Positions 1-9,465 of a DNA stretch of 64,000 bases are shown in pieces (position 1 is the first letter of the stretch; each line of letters opens with the position of its first letter). The notes below the pieces were generated by a model. It saw only the letters and a list, made by a program, of their open reading frames with translations. It was not told where the DNA came from and searched no databases. The position numbers and the translations under genes are program-made. Source of the stretch: an uncultured bacterium (GTDB lineage Bacteria > Acidobacteriota > Thermoanaerobaculia > Multivoradales > JAHZIX01); the NCBI GenBank assembly GCA_965368975.1, contig CBDUPA010000004.1, forward strand, positions 288,001 to 352,000, in the 5' to 3' direction.

Positions 1-1166
1 ACGACACGGCCGTAGTAGCCGTCCAGGACCGCCGGTGGTCCCACCAGCCGCTCGCCTTCGAGGTAGTTGTACTCGGCGGCGATTTCCAGGCGGGGGAACC
101 GCACGACGATGTCTCCGGCCCAGCCGTCCAGGGATAGCCGCCCGGCGTCGTCATACTTGCCCGAGTAGCCGGACAGTCCCAGCTCGAGGCCGTTGCCACG
201 ATTCCAGGCGAACCGGCCCACGACCGCCTTGTTGTTGTTGTTGTCTTCGCCGAAGGACTGGCGACCGGCCCTCGAACCCATGGCGGTGATGCCGTCACCC
301 AGTCCCGCTACTGTGTACAGCTGGTACTGGAAGCCCCACAGGTCGCCGAGGAACGTCTCGCCGGTCAGACCGATGCCGTTGTCGGTCCAGTCGGCCGGGG
401 CCACGACGTGGGATACCAGCGGACGAGTGATGACGTCGCGGGCGGGGCTATAGTGGTTGAGGTTGTAGTTGCCGAACGGCACCAGCAGCACACCGGCACG
501 CAGGTTGAAGAGCGGCGTGATCTCGTAGGCGGCGTACGCCTGCTCTAGCAGCACTTCGCCGCCGCGGCCGCCACCCACGGTGGCCGCCCGCTCGAATTCG
601 ATCTCGGCGAAGAAACCGAGCCGGGGATGCGGCCGGCCACTGAGCACCAGCTCGAAGGCTTCGGCGTCGAACGCAGAGTTCTGGGCCTGACCGTCGATGT
701 AGTTCAACGTGCCATAGACCGTCACCTGCGTCCGTCGCTGTTCGGCGTCGGAGAAATAGCTGAGCGAGGCTTCGGCCGACTGGACCGAGGTCGCCAGCGC
801 TTCCTGCTCGGATCGTAGCGCCTCGCCCTGTGCCTCCAGGTGCGCCAGTGTCTCCTGCATTGCCTGTTGCTGCTCCGGGACTGCGGTGGCCTCCGGCTGT
901 GCTCGGACCAGTGTCTCGATCAGGGCGCGCAGCTCCTGGACATCCCGGCTCAGCTGATCGAGTCCGGCCTCTAGACGTTCGATGCGCTGCTCCGTGGTCG
1001 CGGTTTGTCGCGGAGCGGGCACATCCGGAGCTGCTACCTCCTGAGCTGGCAACTCCTGAGCGAGAAGCCCCGCCGTGCCACATAGCAGCGCGAGGAGCAC
1101 AGCCGGGATCGCGCCCGTCGTACGGGGTTTCCAGGTTCTCTGTGTTGCTGATCGTTGAGGTCTCAC
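1..1166 (-). CDS. Outer-membrane porin-like beta-barrel protein with N-terminal signal and coiled coil (3' end beyond left edge)
   Basis: Not in the ORF track because it has no stop in the window. Manual translation from GTG 1166 gives a hydrophobic signal-like segment (AIPAVLLALLCGTAGLLAQE). Later barrel-like segments are GEVLLEQAYAAYEITPLFNLRAGVLLVPFGNYNLNHY and EDNNNNKAVVGRFAW, as in OprO/P-like porins. GTGA overlaps the kinase stop. Confidence 0.75.
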   Translation of the reverse strand, partial: MRPQRSATQRTWKPRTTGAIPAVLLALLCGTAGLLAQELPAQEVAAPDVPAPRQTATTEQRIERLEAGLDQLSRDVQELRALIETLVRAQPEATAVPEQQQAMQETLAHLEAQGEALRSEQEALATSVQSAEASLSYFSDAEQRRTQVTVYGTLNYIDGQAQNSAFDAEAFELVLSGRPHPRLGFFAEIEFERAATVGGGRGGEVLLEQAYAAYEITPLFNLRAGVLLVPFGNYNLNHYSPARDVITRPLVSHVVAPADWTDNGIGLTGETFLGDLWGFQYQLYTVAGLGDGITAMGSRAGRQSFGEDNNNNKAVVGRFAWNRGNGLELGLSGYSGKYDDAGRLSLDGWAGDIVVRFPRLEIAAEYNYLEGERLVGPPAVLDGYYGRV

Positions 1167-3106
1167 AGGCGCACCTCCACCTGGACCGCGTTGCTCTCGC
1201 GGCCGCTGTCGTCTCGAACGGTGACCGTGTAGAGCCCGAGCGGCGCTTCCTTGCCGACGAACAGTGTTCCCGTGAGGCTGCCGTCTGGGCGCAGGCGGAC
1301 GCCGCGCAGGCTGAGAAAGCGTGTCTCCCGGTGACCGCGGCGAAAGACCGCGCTGGGGCTGGCTTCATTGGGGTTGGCGTCGAAGCCGGTCGCCGACAGC
1401 ACCACTGCGGTGCTCTGTCCCCGGCGTACAGCGGCGGGGGTCACTTGGAGCAGGGTCAGGGCGGGTCTTGGTTCGGCGGTCTCAGCCGGCGCCAGTACTG
1501 CTGGGGACTGTACTGCTGGGGGCTGTACTGTTGGGGACTGTGAAGTAGAGGACGGTGACGCAGATGACGGGGATGCCGGCGGCTGTGATGCTGTCCGCGG
1601 CGCTTGCTCGAGTGCAGGCGCGGCGTCGACATCGCCCGAGGGCTGGGTCCCGGGCCCCGATGTGGAGTCCGCCAGCGCAGTCGGTGGCGGCGCAGCAGCG
1701 GTAGCCGGCTCGACCTCCCCCTGCTGCCGGGTTGCCTCGTCTGTGGCTGGTTCCGGCTGCGCGATGGCCGAGATCGGTGGCTGTGTCTCGGTGCGGGTGG
1801 GGAGATTCGGTTCTGGTGAGGGCGGTTCTTGCCTGGGCGGTTCTTGCCTGGGGGGGCGCTCAGTAGAGGCGCCTCCGGAAGGTTCACGCGTGCTGGCTTC
1901 CGCGGTCTGGCTTTGGATTTGGGGCTGTTCGCCGGCATCGGCGAGTTGGCTGTCGGTATCGCTGCTGTTCGTGTTGTTGACTGGCGTGGTCCTGACTGGC
2001 GTGCTGTTGACTGGCGTGCTGCTGACTGGCGTGGTCCTGACTGGCGTGTCTCGGATGGGGTCGCCGAGATCAGCTTCCTCCTCTACGGTCGGATGCGGCT
2101 CGGTGTGGGAGCCACTCCAGCCCCAGTAGCCGACACCCAGCACCGTCAGCAGCAGCACCAGTGCGGCAAGAATCCCGGGCAGGCGTGTCCGCTTCGGCGG
2201 TGGAGCCAAGATCGTTGCGGGGGCAGGTTCCGCTTCGAGCGTTTCCTCAGGCACGTTCAGGACGCGCGTGGGCGTTGCCGTCAAACTCGGATCGGAGCCG
2301 ATCGTCACCGTCTCGAGCGCCTGCATCAGCTCCTGCAAGTTCGTGGGGCGCAGATTCGGGTCCTTGTACAGGCAGGCGTCGATCGCCTGGCACAGCGCCT
2401 CGGGCAAGTCCGGGCACAGGGCCTGGAGCGGTTCCGGTTGCACGGTCAGGACGCGGTGGAGGCAGCTGTGCATCGAGTCGGCGGAGAAGGGATTGTGGCC
2501 GCTGAGGGTCCAGTACGCCACCAGTCCGACCGCGTAGCAGTCCGCCTGCGGTGAGTACGCGCACTCTTGCAGCACCTCGGGTGCAATGAACTCCGGTGTC
2601 CCCAGAATCATGCCCGTGGCCGTCAGTTTCGAACTCTCTAGCCGCGCGATGCCGAAGTCCATCAGCTTGCAGCTGCCGTCAGGCAGGATCTGCAGGTTCG
2701 AAGGCTTGATATCGCGGTGCAAGACGCCGCGAGCATGCGCGTGTTCGACGGCATGGCACAGGCCCAGCAGGACACTCAGCTTCTGCCTCGGCGTCCGCTC
2801 CGCGCGCAGCCACTCGTCCAGCCGCTCGCCTTCCAGGTATTCCATCGCCAGGTACGGCTGCTCCTCGAAGGAGCCGTACTCGTACACCTGCACGATGTTG
2901 GGGTGCGACAGTCGGCCGGCGGCCATGGCTTCATTGTGGAAGCGGGCGCGCGTCTCGTCGTCGCCAGCCGTGGTCATCACTTTGATGGCGACACGGCGAC
3001 CGATGTGTGGGTCTTCGCCCAGGTAGACACGGCCCATGGCCCCCTGGCCCAGGAACTCCACTACCTGAAACTTTCCGATAGACGCCGGTAATGCTGTTCC
3101 GTTCAT
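1163..3106 (-). CDS. Hanks-type Ser/Thr protein kinase with TM helix, low-complexity linker and C-terminal Ig/IPT-like domain
   Basis: LGQGAMGRVY, VAIK, HRDIKPSN, DFGIAR and GTPEFIAPE motifs; TM segment LAALVLLLTVLGVGYWGW. Confidence 0.95.
   Translation of the reverse strand: MNGTALPASIGKFQVVEFLGQGAMGRVYLGEDPHIGRRVAIKVMTTAGDDETRARFHNEAMAAGRLSHPNIVQVYEYGSFEEQPYLAMEYLEGERLDEWLRAERTPRQKLSVLLGLCHAVEHAHARGVLHRDIKPSNLQILPDGSCKLMDFGIARLESSKLTATGMILGTPEFIAPEVLQECAYSPQADCYAVGLVAYWTLSGHNPFSADSMHSCLHRVLTVQPEPLQALCPDLPEALCQAIDACLYKDPNLRPTNLQELMQALETVTIGSDPSLTATPTRVLNVPEETLEAEPAPATILAPPPKRTRLPGILAALVLLLTVLGVGYWGWSGSHTEPHPTVEEEADLGDPIRDTPVRTTPVSSTPVNSTPVRTTPVNNTNSSDTDSQLADAGEQPQIQSQTAEASTREPSGGASTERPPRQEPPRQEPPSPEPNLPTRTETQPPISAIAQPEPATDEATRQQGEVEPATAAAPPPTALADSTSGPGTQPSGDVDAAPALEQAPRTASQPPASPSSASPSSTSQSPTVQPPAVQSPAVLAPAETAEPRPALTLLQVTPAAVRRGQSTAVVLSATGFDANPNEASPSAVFRRGHRETRFLSLRGVRLRPDGSLTGTLFVGKEAPLGLYTVTVRDDSGRESNAVQVEVRL
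1975..2050 (-). repeat. In-frame 15-bp tandem repeat (about 5 copies) encoding xxTPV units in the kinase linker
   Basis: Repeated gactggcgtg(gtcct/ctgtt/ctgct) on the + strand; protein DTPVRTTPVSSTPVNSTPVRTTPV. Confidence 0.85.
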
Positions 3107-3304
3107 CTTTGGGCAAGTCCAACCCTATATCGATAGCGTTCTCGGCACAGTAGCAGGGGGGGCCGGAAGCTGTCTACTTCGTGCACGAGGATTTGCGTGT
3201 CGGTGGATCTCGGCTCTGCTATCCTGGATGTGGATGCATGTGCTCTTTTCGACAAGCCGGTCTTCTTGAACGTGTCGGACTCCGGACAGCAAAGGAGGTA
3301 CGAC

Positions 3305-4336
3305 ATGAACGTCCACACTCTGCGTCGCATCCTGAGTCTCGCCGTGCTCGCCTTGCTGGCGACACCGGCACTGCTGGCACAGCCTTGGGGAGCCTGGATC
3401 ATTCTCGATCCCAGCAACCCTGGCTACATCGAAGTGCCGCATCACGCACAGCTGCACCCCAACAGCCAGTTCACGCTCGAGGCCTGGGTTGCCGTGGCCA
3501 ACCAGAGCGGTTGCTTCAGCTTCGTGGGCAAGAACTGGCGCACTACTTGGTGGGTCGGCATGTGCAACAACAGGCTGCGCTCGTTCCTCAAAGGAGAAAC
3601 GACGGTGCGCGATGCTGGTGACCTGGACAACCAGTGGAATCACATCGCGGTGACCTACGACGGCGCTCACCGGCGCCACTACATCAATGGCGAGCTGGTC
3701 GGTATCTGGGCCGAGAGTGGTTCCTTGCCGGGTGGTTTCGCGCCGTTGCGCATCGGCAGTGACGTCGAGTGGCCGTTCACTCCGAAAGGGGTTCTCGACG
3801 AGGTTCGCTTGTGGAACGTCGCGCGCAGCACGCAGGAGATCCGGGACGCGCTCAACGAGCGCATGACCACGCCGATGCCTGGTCTGGTCGCCGTCTGGGC
3901 GATGAACGGAGCCCAGGACGAGGTCGGGATCCACGACGGCATTCTGCAGGGCACGACGCCCTTCCTCACCTTCCCGGTGGCCCCAGGCTGTGTCGGTAAC
4001 TCGACCAACCTGTGCCTCTATGGTCGCTTCAACGTTCGCGTCGAGTTCCGGCGTCCCAACGGCGTCGAGGGTATCGGTACGGTTGTGCCCTTCTTCTCGC
4101 CGCGTTCCGGTTTGTTCTGGTTCTTCAACCCGGACAACTGGGAGATGCTGGTCAAGATGGTCAACGGCTGCGGCAACAACGGTCGCTGGTGGGTCTTCTT
4201 CGCCGCCACCACGAACGTCTTCTACCGGCTAGAGGTTCTGGACGTTCCGCACGGCGTGCAGAAGATCTACTTCAACTATCAGGGGGTGCCGTCACCCGCA
4301 GTGACGGACACTCAGGCCTTCGCGACCTGCCCGTAG
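3305..4336 (+). CDS. Secreted LamG/concanavalin A-like jellyroll protein with conserved C-terminal domain
   Basis: AGGAGG RBS before ATG 3305, signal peptide, FTLEAWV, WNHIAVTYDG, YINGEL and LDEVRLWNVARS; ends TDTQAFATCP. Confidence 0.88.
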   Translation: MNVHTLRRILSLAVLALLATPALLAQPWGAWIILDPSNPGYIEVPHHAQLHPNSQFTLEAWVAVANQSGCFSFVGKNWRTTWWVGMCNNRLRSFLKGETTVRDAGDLDNQWNHIAVTYDGAHRRHYINGELVGIWAESGSLPGGFAPLRIGSDVEWPFTPKGVLDEVRLWNVARSTQEIRDALNERMTTPMPGLVAVWAMNGAQDEVGIHDGILQGTTPFLTFPVAPGCVGNSTNLCLYGRFNVRVEFRRPNGVEGIGTVVPFFSPRSGLFWFFNPDNWEMLVKMVNGCGNNGRWWVFFAATTNVFYRLEVLDVPHGVQKIYFNYQGVPSPAVTDTQAFATCP

Positions 4337-4451
4337 GCTGCTCGTGCTCGTAAGTACCGCTTGCCAGTGCGCCCCTCGCCTCGAGAGAATCGCAGCATCG
4401 TGTTCGGGCCGGCGTCTCCGTGTCGGCTGATCAGTGTAGGCTGACTTCATC

Positions 4452-5291
4452 ATGAGCCAAGCTGCCACCAAGACGCCGTCTCGCCGCGACACAGACCATC
4501 TCTTCCACGCCGTCCTCGACGCCTGCGCCCGTGCTGGCGACATCGAGCGGCGTCACTTTCGCTCCGCTAGCCTGCAGGTCGATCGCAAAGCCGACGACTC
4601 ACCGGTCACCCAGGCCGACCGCCAAGCTGAAGCCGCCATCCGTGAGGTGCTCGCCGCGGCGACGCCGGAACTTGGACTGCTCGGCGAGGAATTTGGCCAG
4701 GAAGGTGACGTGCGCGACTGCTGGATCATCGATCCGCTCGACGGTACGAAGAATTTCGTTGCTGGCTTGCCCTATTTTGCGGTGCTGATCGGCCTGCGAT
4801 TGGATGGCGACCTGGTGCTCGGTGCCGTCCATGCTCCCGCGCTCGGGGAGCAAGGCGAGACCTGGTGGGCGATCCGTGGTCAGGGTGCCTGGGCCGGTGC
4901 CGGCACGGACGTCGAGAGCGTCCGCGAGCGCAGGTTACAGGTCAGCTCGACGTCCAGTCTGGAGCAGGCCTTCGTCAGCTTCGGTGGTCTCAAGTGGTTC
5001 CGTAAGCGCGGGCTCTGGGACAACGCCACTGAGCTGATCGATCAGACGTATCGGTCGCGGGGCTTCGGCGATTGGTGGGGCCACATGCTGGTCGCCGAAG
5101 GTTGCTGCGACGCCATGGTCGAGGCCGAAGTGGCTCTGCACGACATCGCCGCCGTCAAGGTGGTGGTCGAAGAGGCCGGTGGTGGATTCCGCGCGCGCGG
5201 CGGAGCTGCACTGGAGGCTGGGTTCTGTACCGGTGTCGTGAGTAGCACGGCGGCGCTGCTCGATCCGGTGTGCCGCGTCATGGGCTACTAG
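4452..5291 (+). CDS. hisN: Inositol monophosphatase family protein, probable histidinol-phosphatase
   Basis: SPVTQADR, LGEE, WIIDPLDGTKNF, RGFGDWWGHMLVAEG and HDIAA motifs. Confidence 0.75.
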   Translation: MSQAATKTPSRRDTDHLFHAVLDACARAGDIERRHFRSASLQVDRKADDSPVTQADRQAEAAIREVLAAATPELGLLGEEFGQEGDVRDCWIIDPLDGTKNFVAGLPYFAVLIGLRLDGDLVLGAVHAPALGEQGETWWAIRGQGAWAGAGTDVESVRERRLQVSSTSSLEQAFVSFGGLKWFRKRGLWDNATELIDQTYRSRGFGDWWGHMLVAEGCCDAMVEAEVALHDIAAVKVVVEEAGGGFRARGGAALEAGFCTGVVSSTAALLDPVCRVMGY

Positions 5292-5299
5292 AACGCTGG

Positions 5300-5328
5300 T
5301 TGACCCCTTTCCACCTCCCGGCTACACT
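5300..5328 (+). promoter_or_regulatory. Sigma70-type promoter upstream of ribBA
   Basis: TTGACC-17 bp-TACACT. Confidence 0.6.
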
Positions 5329-5527
5329 GGTTTCGCCGGAATCCGCCCGGTATTTCAGGACCTGAATTCACGTTCTCGAACCTCCCTGGAACCGCCGTCC
5401 AGGACGACACTCGCAGCACCAAGCGCCAGGCCGGTACGCCTGTCCCACCAGCTCGACCTCCCTGAGATCGGGCTCACCGATCGGACTGCGTGTACAAGGA
5501 ACCCCAAGCCATGAGTACCCCCATCCA

Positions 5528-6760
5528 ATGAGCACCTTGAGCCAGGAGCGGCGCGACGCCAATTTCGCGTCCATCCAAGAAGCCATCGAGGAGTATCGCC
5601 AGGGCAAGATGGTGATCATCGTCGATGACGAGGATCGCGAGAACGAAGGTGATCTGGCGATCGCGGCCGAGAAGGTGACGCCGGAAGCGATCAACTTCAT
5701 GGCCAAGCACGGGCGCGGCTTGATCTGCCTGTCGATGACCGAGGATCGCTGCGACGAGCTCGATCTGCCATTGATGGTGAAGCAGAACACCTCGACCTAC
5801 GAAACGGCCTTCACCGTCTCGATCGAAGCGCGTGGCAAGGTCTCTACCGGCATCTCGGCCGCTGATCGCGCGGCGACGGTGCTGACCGCGATCAATCCTC
5901 AGACCGAGCCGACCGACCTGCTGCGCCCCGGCCACATGTTCCCGTTGCGCGCGCGTACCGGCGGTGTCCTCAAGCGAGCGGGGCAGACCGAGGCGTCTGT
6001 CGATATGGCGATACTGGCAGGGCTGCATCCGTCAGGCGTGATCTGCGAGATCATGAACGACGACGGCACCATGGCACGGGTTCCCGAGCTGATGAAGTTC
6101 GCCGAAGAGCACGGCTTGAAGGTGATCACCGTGCGCGATCTGATCGCCTACCGTCTGCACAACGAGACGCTGGTTCGTCAGGTAGCTGCTCCGAGGATGC
6201 CTACCATCTACGGCGACTTCCGAATTCACGCCTACCGTGCCGAGGTCACCGGTGAAGAGCACGTGGCCATGGTGATGGGGGAGATCAAGCCCGACGAGCC
6301 AACGCTTGTACGCGTTCACAGCCAGTGTCTGACGGGCGACATGTTCGGTTCCGAGCGCTGCGACTGCGGCGTGCAGCTGCGTCTGGCGTTGGAGCGCATC
6401 GCGGAGGAAGGGCGAGGTGTGCTGCTGTACCTGCTGCAGGAAGGTCGCGGCATCGGCTTGGTCAACAAGCTGCGTGCCTACGAGCTGCAGGATCAAGGGC
6501 ACGATACCGTCGAGGCCAATGAGCGCCTCGGTTTCCGTCCGGATCAGCGCAACTACGGCATCGGTGCCCAGATTCTGCGTGACCTGGGGGTCTGCAAGAT
6601 GCGCTTGATGACCAACAACCCGAGCAAGTATGTCGGTGTCGATGGGTACGGTCTCGAGATCGTCGAGCGGGTGCCACTGGAGGTACCGCCAACCGACAAC
6701 AGCCGCGACTACCTGCGCACCAAGCGCGACAAGCTGGGCCATCTCCTGAAACTGGTATGA
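5528..6760 (+). CDS. ribBA: Bifunctional DHBP synthase / GTP cyclohydrolase II
   Basis: [41 protein letters not shown] and LMTNNP. Confidence 0.97.
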   Translation: MSTLSQERRDANFASIQEAIEEYRQGKMVIIVDDEDRENEGDLAIAAEKVTPEAINFMAKHGRGLICLSMTEDRCDELDLPLMVKQNTSTYETAFTVSIEARGKVSTGISAADRAATVLTAINPQTEPTDLLRPGHMFPLRARTGGVLKRAGQTEASVDMAILAGLHPSGVICEIMNDDGTMARVPELMKFAEEHGLKVITVRDLIAYRLHNETLVRQVAAPRMPTIYGDFRIHAYRAEVTGEEHVAMVMGEIKPDEPTLVRVHSQCLTGDMFGSERCDCGVQLRLALERIAEEGRGVLLYLLQEGRGIGLVNKLRAYELQDQGHDTVEANERLGFRPDQRNYGIGAQILRDLGVCKMRLMTNNPSKYVGVDGYGLEIVERVPLEVPPTDNSRDYLRTKRDKLGHLLKLV

Positions 6761-7659
6761 GGCACCTGGGACTCCTGACTTTTTTCCTCGGCGTCCTCGC
6801 GGCAATGCTCTCGACGGCCGGCCTGCCAGCACAAGAGCGACCAGCACAAGAACTCGCTGAGGGCATTACCGCACTCCAACGCGGCGATGCCGCCTGGGAG
6901 CGCCGTGCCGAAGGTCTGGCAGACGGTTACGCTGCCGCGGCTGCGATCACCGAGGCCATCGAGGCCTACGAGGAAGCCGTTGCAGGCGCGCCCAGCGATC
7001 TCGAAGCGCACTGGAAGCTGATGCGCGCCATCTACTTCAAAGGCGAGTTCGTGGTCCGGGGCAAGGACGAGAAGCAGAAGATCTTCGCCCGCGCCGTCGA
7101 GGTGTTCCAGGCCGCAGTGGTGCTGGTCGAAGCGCAGGCCGCAGAGGACGACCTGGAGGAAGCCAGGCCGGTAGACCTGGCCAAGGCGCTACGCGGCGTC
7201 GACCACGGACTCGAGGTCTTCTTCTGGGGGGCTGTCAACTGGGGGTTGTGGGGGGACAATTTCGGCGCTCTGGCAGCGGTGCGCCAAGGCGTCGCGGGAC
7301 GCCTTCGTGACTACTCTCAGGCGGTCGTCGAACTAGATCCGAGCTATGACGACGCCGGTCCGTTGCGCTTGTTGGGACGGCTCCACGCGCTGGCACCCAA
7401 GGTGCCGTTCTTCACCGGTTGGATCGATCGCGATCAGGCCATCGAGCACCTGGAAGAGGCGATGCGCTTGGTGCCGGAGCACCCGTACAACCGGTTGTTC
7501 CTAGCTGAGGCGTTGCTGGAGTTTCGGCCTAGGCGCAAGCAGGAAGGCCTGGGCATGCTGCGGGCCTTGATCGCCGCGCCGGTGCCGTCAGGGCGCGAGG
7601 TGGAGAAGGCGCGGGCGGAGGAGCTGGCGCGGCAGTTGCTGCAAGCGCACGGCAGCTAG
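6757..7659 (+). CDS. Exported TPR-like helical protein
   Basis: Signal peptide and helical repeats ([32 protein letters not shown]); ATGA overlap with ribBA. Confidence 0.7.
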   Translation: MRHLGLLTFFLGVLAAMLSTAGLPAQERPAQELAEGITALQRGDAAWERRAEGLADGYAAAAAITEAIEAYEEAVAGAPSDLEAHWKLMRAIYFKGEFVVRGKDEKQKIFARAVEVFQAAVVLVEAQAAEDDLEEARPVDLAKALRGVDHGLEVFFWGAVNWGLWGDNFGALAAVRQGVAGRLRDYSQAVVELDPSYDDAGPLRLLGRLHALAPKVPFFTGWIDRDQAIEHLEEAMRLVPEHPYNRLFLAEALLEFRPRRKQEGLGMLRALIAAPVPSGREVEKARAEELARQLLQAHGS

Positions 7660-7690
7660 TTGGCCGGCTTCCGCGCTGGTGGGCTCCAGG

Positions 7691-8524
7691 CTAGAGAGCC
7701 TCGGCCACCGGCAACGCCGGATCGAGCAACCAAATGCCCAGCAACATCACCGGCGCTCCGTAGAGCAGGGCGTCCAGGCGGTCGTAGAAGCCGCCGTGTC
7801 CCGGTAGCAAGGTGCCCGAGTCCTTGACCCGCGCGCCGCGCTTGAACATCGACTCGACCAGGTCACCCAGCTGCCCGGCGATGGCCGTGACCGAGGCGAT
7901 GATCAACAGCTTCGGTTCGAGCGTGTCGAGGTGCCAGAAGCTCCACATCACCGTCACGATCCAGCCGGTCACCAGGTGGGCGGCGGCGCCTTCCCAGCTC
8001 TTGTTGGGGCTGGTGACGGGGGCCATCTTGTGTTTGCCGAAGCGGCGACCGACGTAGAACGCGGCGGCGTCGCCCAGCCAGACGATGGCGAGCAGCAGGA
8101 TGACGATCATGGGCCCCAGCTCGCGCAGTTGCACGACGCTCGCAACCGGCAGCGCGAAGTAGACCGCGCCGAAGCTCAGGGCACCCACCAGACTCAGGGA
8201 TTCGCTCATCTCGGCTTGCCGGAAGAGCGCTGCGAAGGCGGTGACCATGGAGAGCACCAGGAGGCCCGCGAACACACCCTCGTGCAATTCGAGGGGCGTC
8301 AGCTCCGGCAGCGGCATGCACAGCGGGTAGGCGAGTAGCGGAATGAGAACCGGTACGAACCACACCGGAACCTTTGGACTCCAGTGCCGGGCGATGCGGC
8401 CGTACTCGACGGCGGCAGCCGCCATGGCCAGCGCGATCAGGGCAAAGAAGGCGGATCTGGGGAGCCAGAAGATTCCGGCGACGACCAGGATGCTGCCAAA
8501 GATGCCAGTCAGCAGGCGCGCCAT
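7691..8524 (-). CDS. cdsA: Phosphatidate cytidylyltransferase
   Basis: SPNKSWEG, GDLVESMFKR, KDSGTLLPGHGGFYDRLD; multiple TM helices. Confidence 0.96.
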   Translation of the reverse strand: MARLLTGIFGSILVVAGIFWLPRSAFFALIALAMAAAAVEYGRIARHWSPKVPVWFVPVLIPLLAYPLCMPLPELTPLELHEGVFAGLLVLSMVTAFAALFRQAEMSESLSLVGALSFGAVYFALPVASVVQLRELGPMIVILLLAIVWLGDAAAFYVGRRFGKHKMAPVTSPNKSWEGAAAHLVTGWIVTVMWSFWHLDTLEPKLLIIASVTAIAGQLGDLVESMFKRGARVKDSGTLLPGHGGFYDRLDALLYGAPVMLLGIWLLDPALPVAEAL

Positions 8525-8589
8525 GACTCAGTTCAGCCGTGCAAGGCCGGCTGGAAAAGCAGGCGTGGGTGAGGTTCGCGTCAGTTGGT

Positions 8590-9465
8590 TCATACGGAGC
8601 TGCCGGAGGGTATCACACCGTCGCACTCCTCTTGAGTGGGGCCCCAGGCATCGGGGTCGTAGACCTCGAGCGGCGTGCAGGATGCTGGATAGCTGACTTC
8701 GTAGAGCACCAGGCCGTGAGCCGGTGCGTTCGGTCCGGCCTCCCGACGCGGCCGACCCGTGAGGAGCTGGGCGAAGGCCTCGGGCGTGCGCTCGCCGCTC
8801 GCCACTTGCAGTAGCGTGCCGACGAGGCCGCGCACCATGCCTCGCAGGAAGCCTTGACCCCGGATGCGCAGTTCCAGCAGTGCCGGATCGTCGCTGTCCT
8901 GGTGCCACTCGGCGCTGTCGAGCCGGCGCACAGGGCAGTCGTGATTGCCGCCGATGCGCGCGAAGGCGGTGAAGTCGTGACGGCCGGGGAGGATGGCGCT
9001 GACGCGGCGGAGCACGTCGAGGTCGAGATCGCGGCCGGCGGTGAAGCCGGTGGCGGAGACAGTCGTGAAGGCCTCGAGCGGCGAGAGGAGGCGGCGCTGG
9101 GCCAGACGGTAGCGGTATTCCTTGGAGATGGCGGAGCGCTGAGCGTGGAAGTCGCTGGGCATGCGGGCGGCGGCGAGGACGCGGATGTCGGCGGGGAGAT
9201 GGTGGTCGAGACCGTGGACCAGGGCTGGCAGCGGCAGCGGTGGCGTCGCGTCCGGCAAGCGGAAGTGGACGACCTGGGCGCGTGCGTGGACGCCGGCGTC
9301 AGTGCGGCCGGAGCCGATGGTGCGCGGGCGGGCGTCGATGCCGTGTGTCGCGAGCTGTGTCAGCAGTGCTTGCTCCAGCACCTGCTGCACGCTCAGCGCG
9401 TTGTTCTGAAACTGCCAGCCGGCGTAGGCGGTGCCGAGGTAGGAGACGGTGAGGCGGTAGGTCAT
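8590..9465 (-). CDS. truA: tRNA pseudouridine(38-40) synthase
   Basis: True start ATG 9465 (MTYRLTVSYLGTAYAGWQ); GRTDAGVHA, GRHDFTAF, FLRGMVR and APAHGL. Confidence 0.95.
   Translation of the reverse strand: MTYRLTVSYLGTAYAGWQFQNNALSVQQVLEQALLTQLATHGIDARPRTIGSGRTDAGVHARAQVVHFRLPDATPPLPLPALVHGLDHHLPADIRVLAAARMPSDFHAQRSAISKEYRYRLAQRRLLSPLEAFTTVSATGFTAGRDLDLDVLRRVSAILPGRHDFTAFARIGGNHDCPVRRLDSAEWHQDSDDPALLELRIRGQGFLRGMVRGLVGTLLQVASGERTPEAFAQLLTGRPRREAGPNAPAHGLVLYEVSYPASCTPLEVYDPDAWGPTQEECDGVIPSGSSV

Noticed and set aside
5329-5527. FMN riboswitch upstream of ribBA
   Set aside because: The leader is about 200 nt, but I could not find the conserved RFN-element segments; an Rfam cmscan would settle it.
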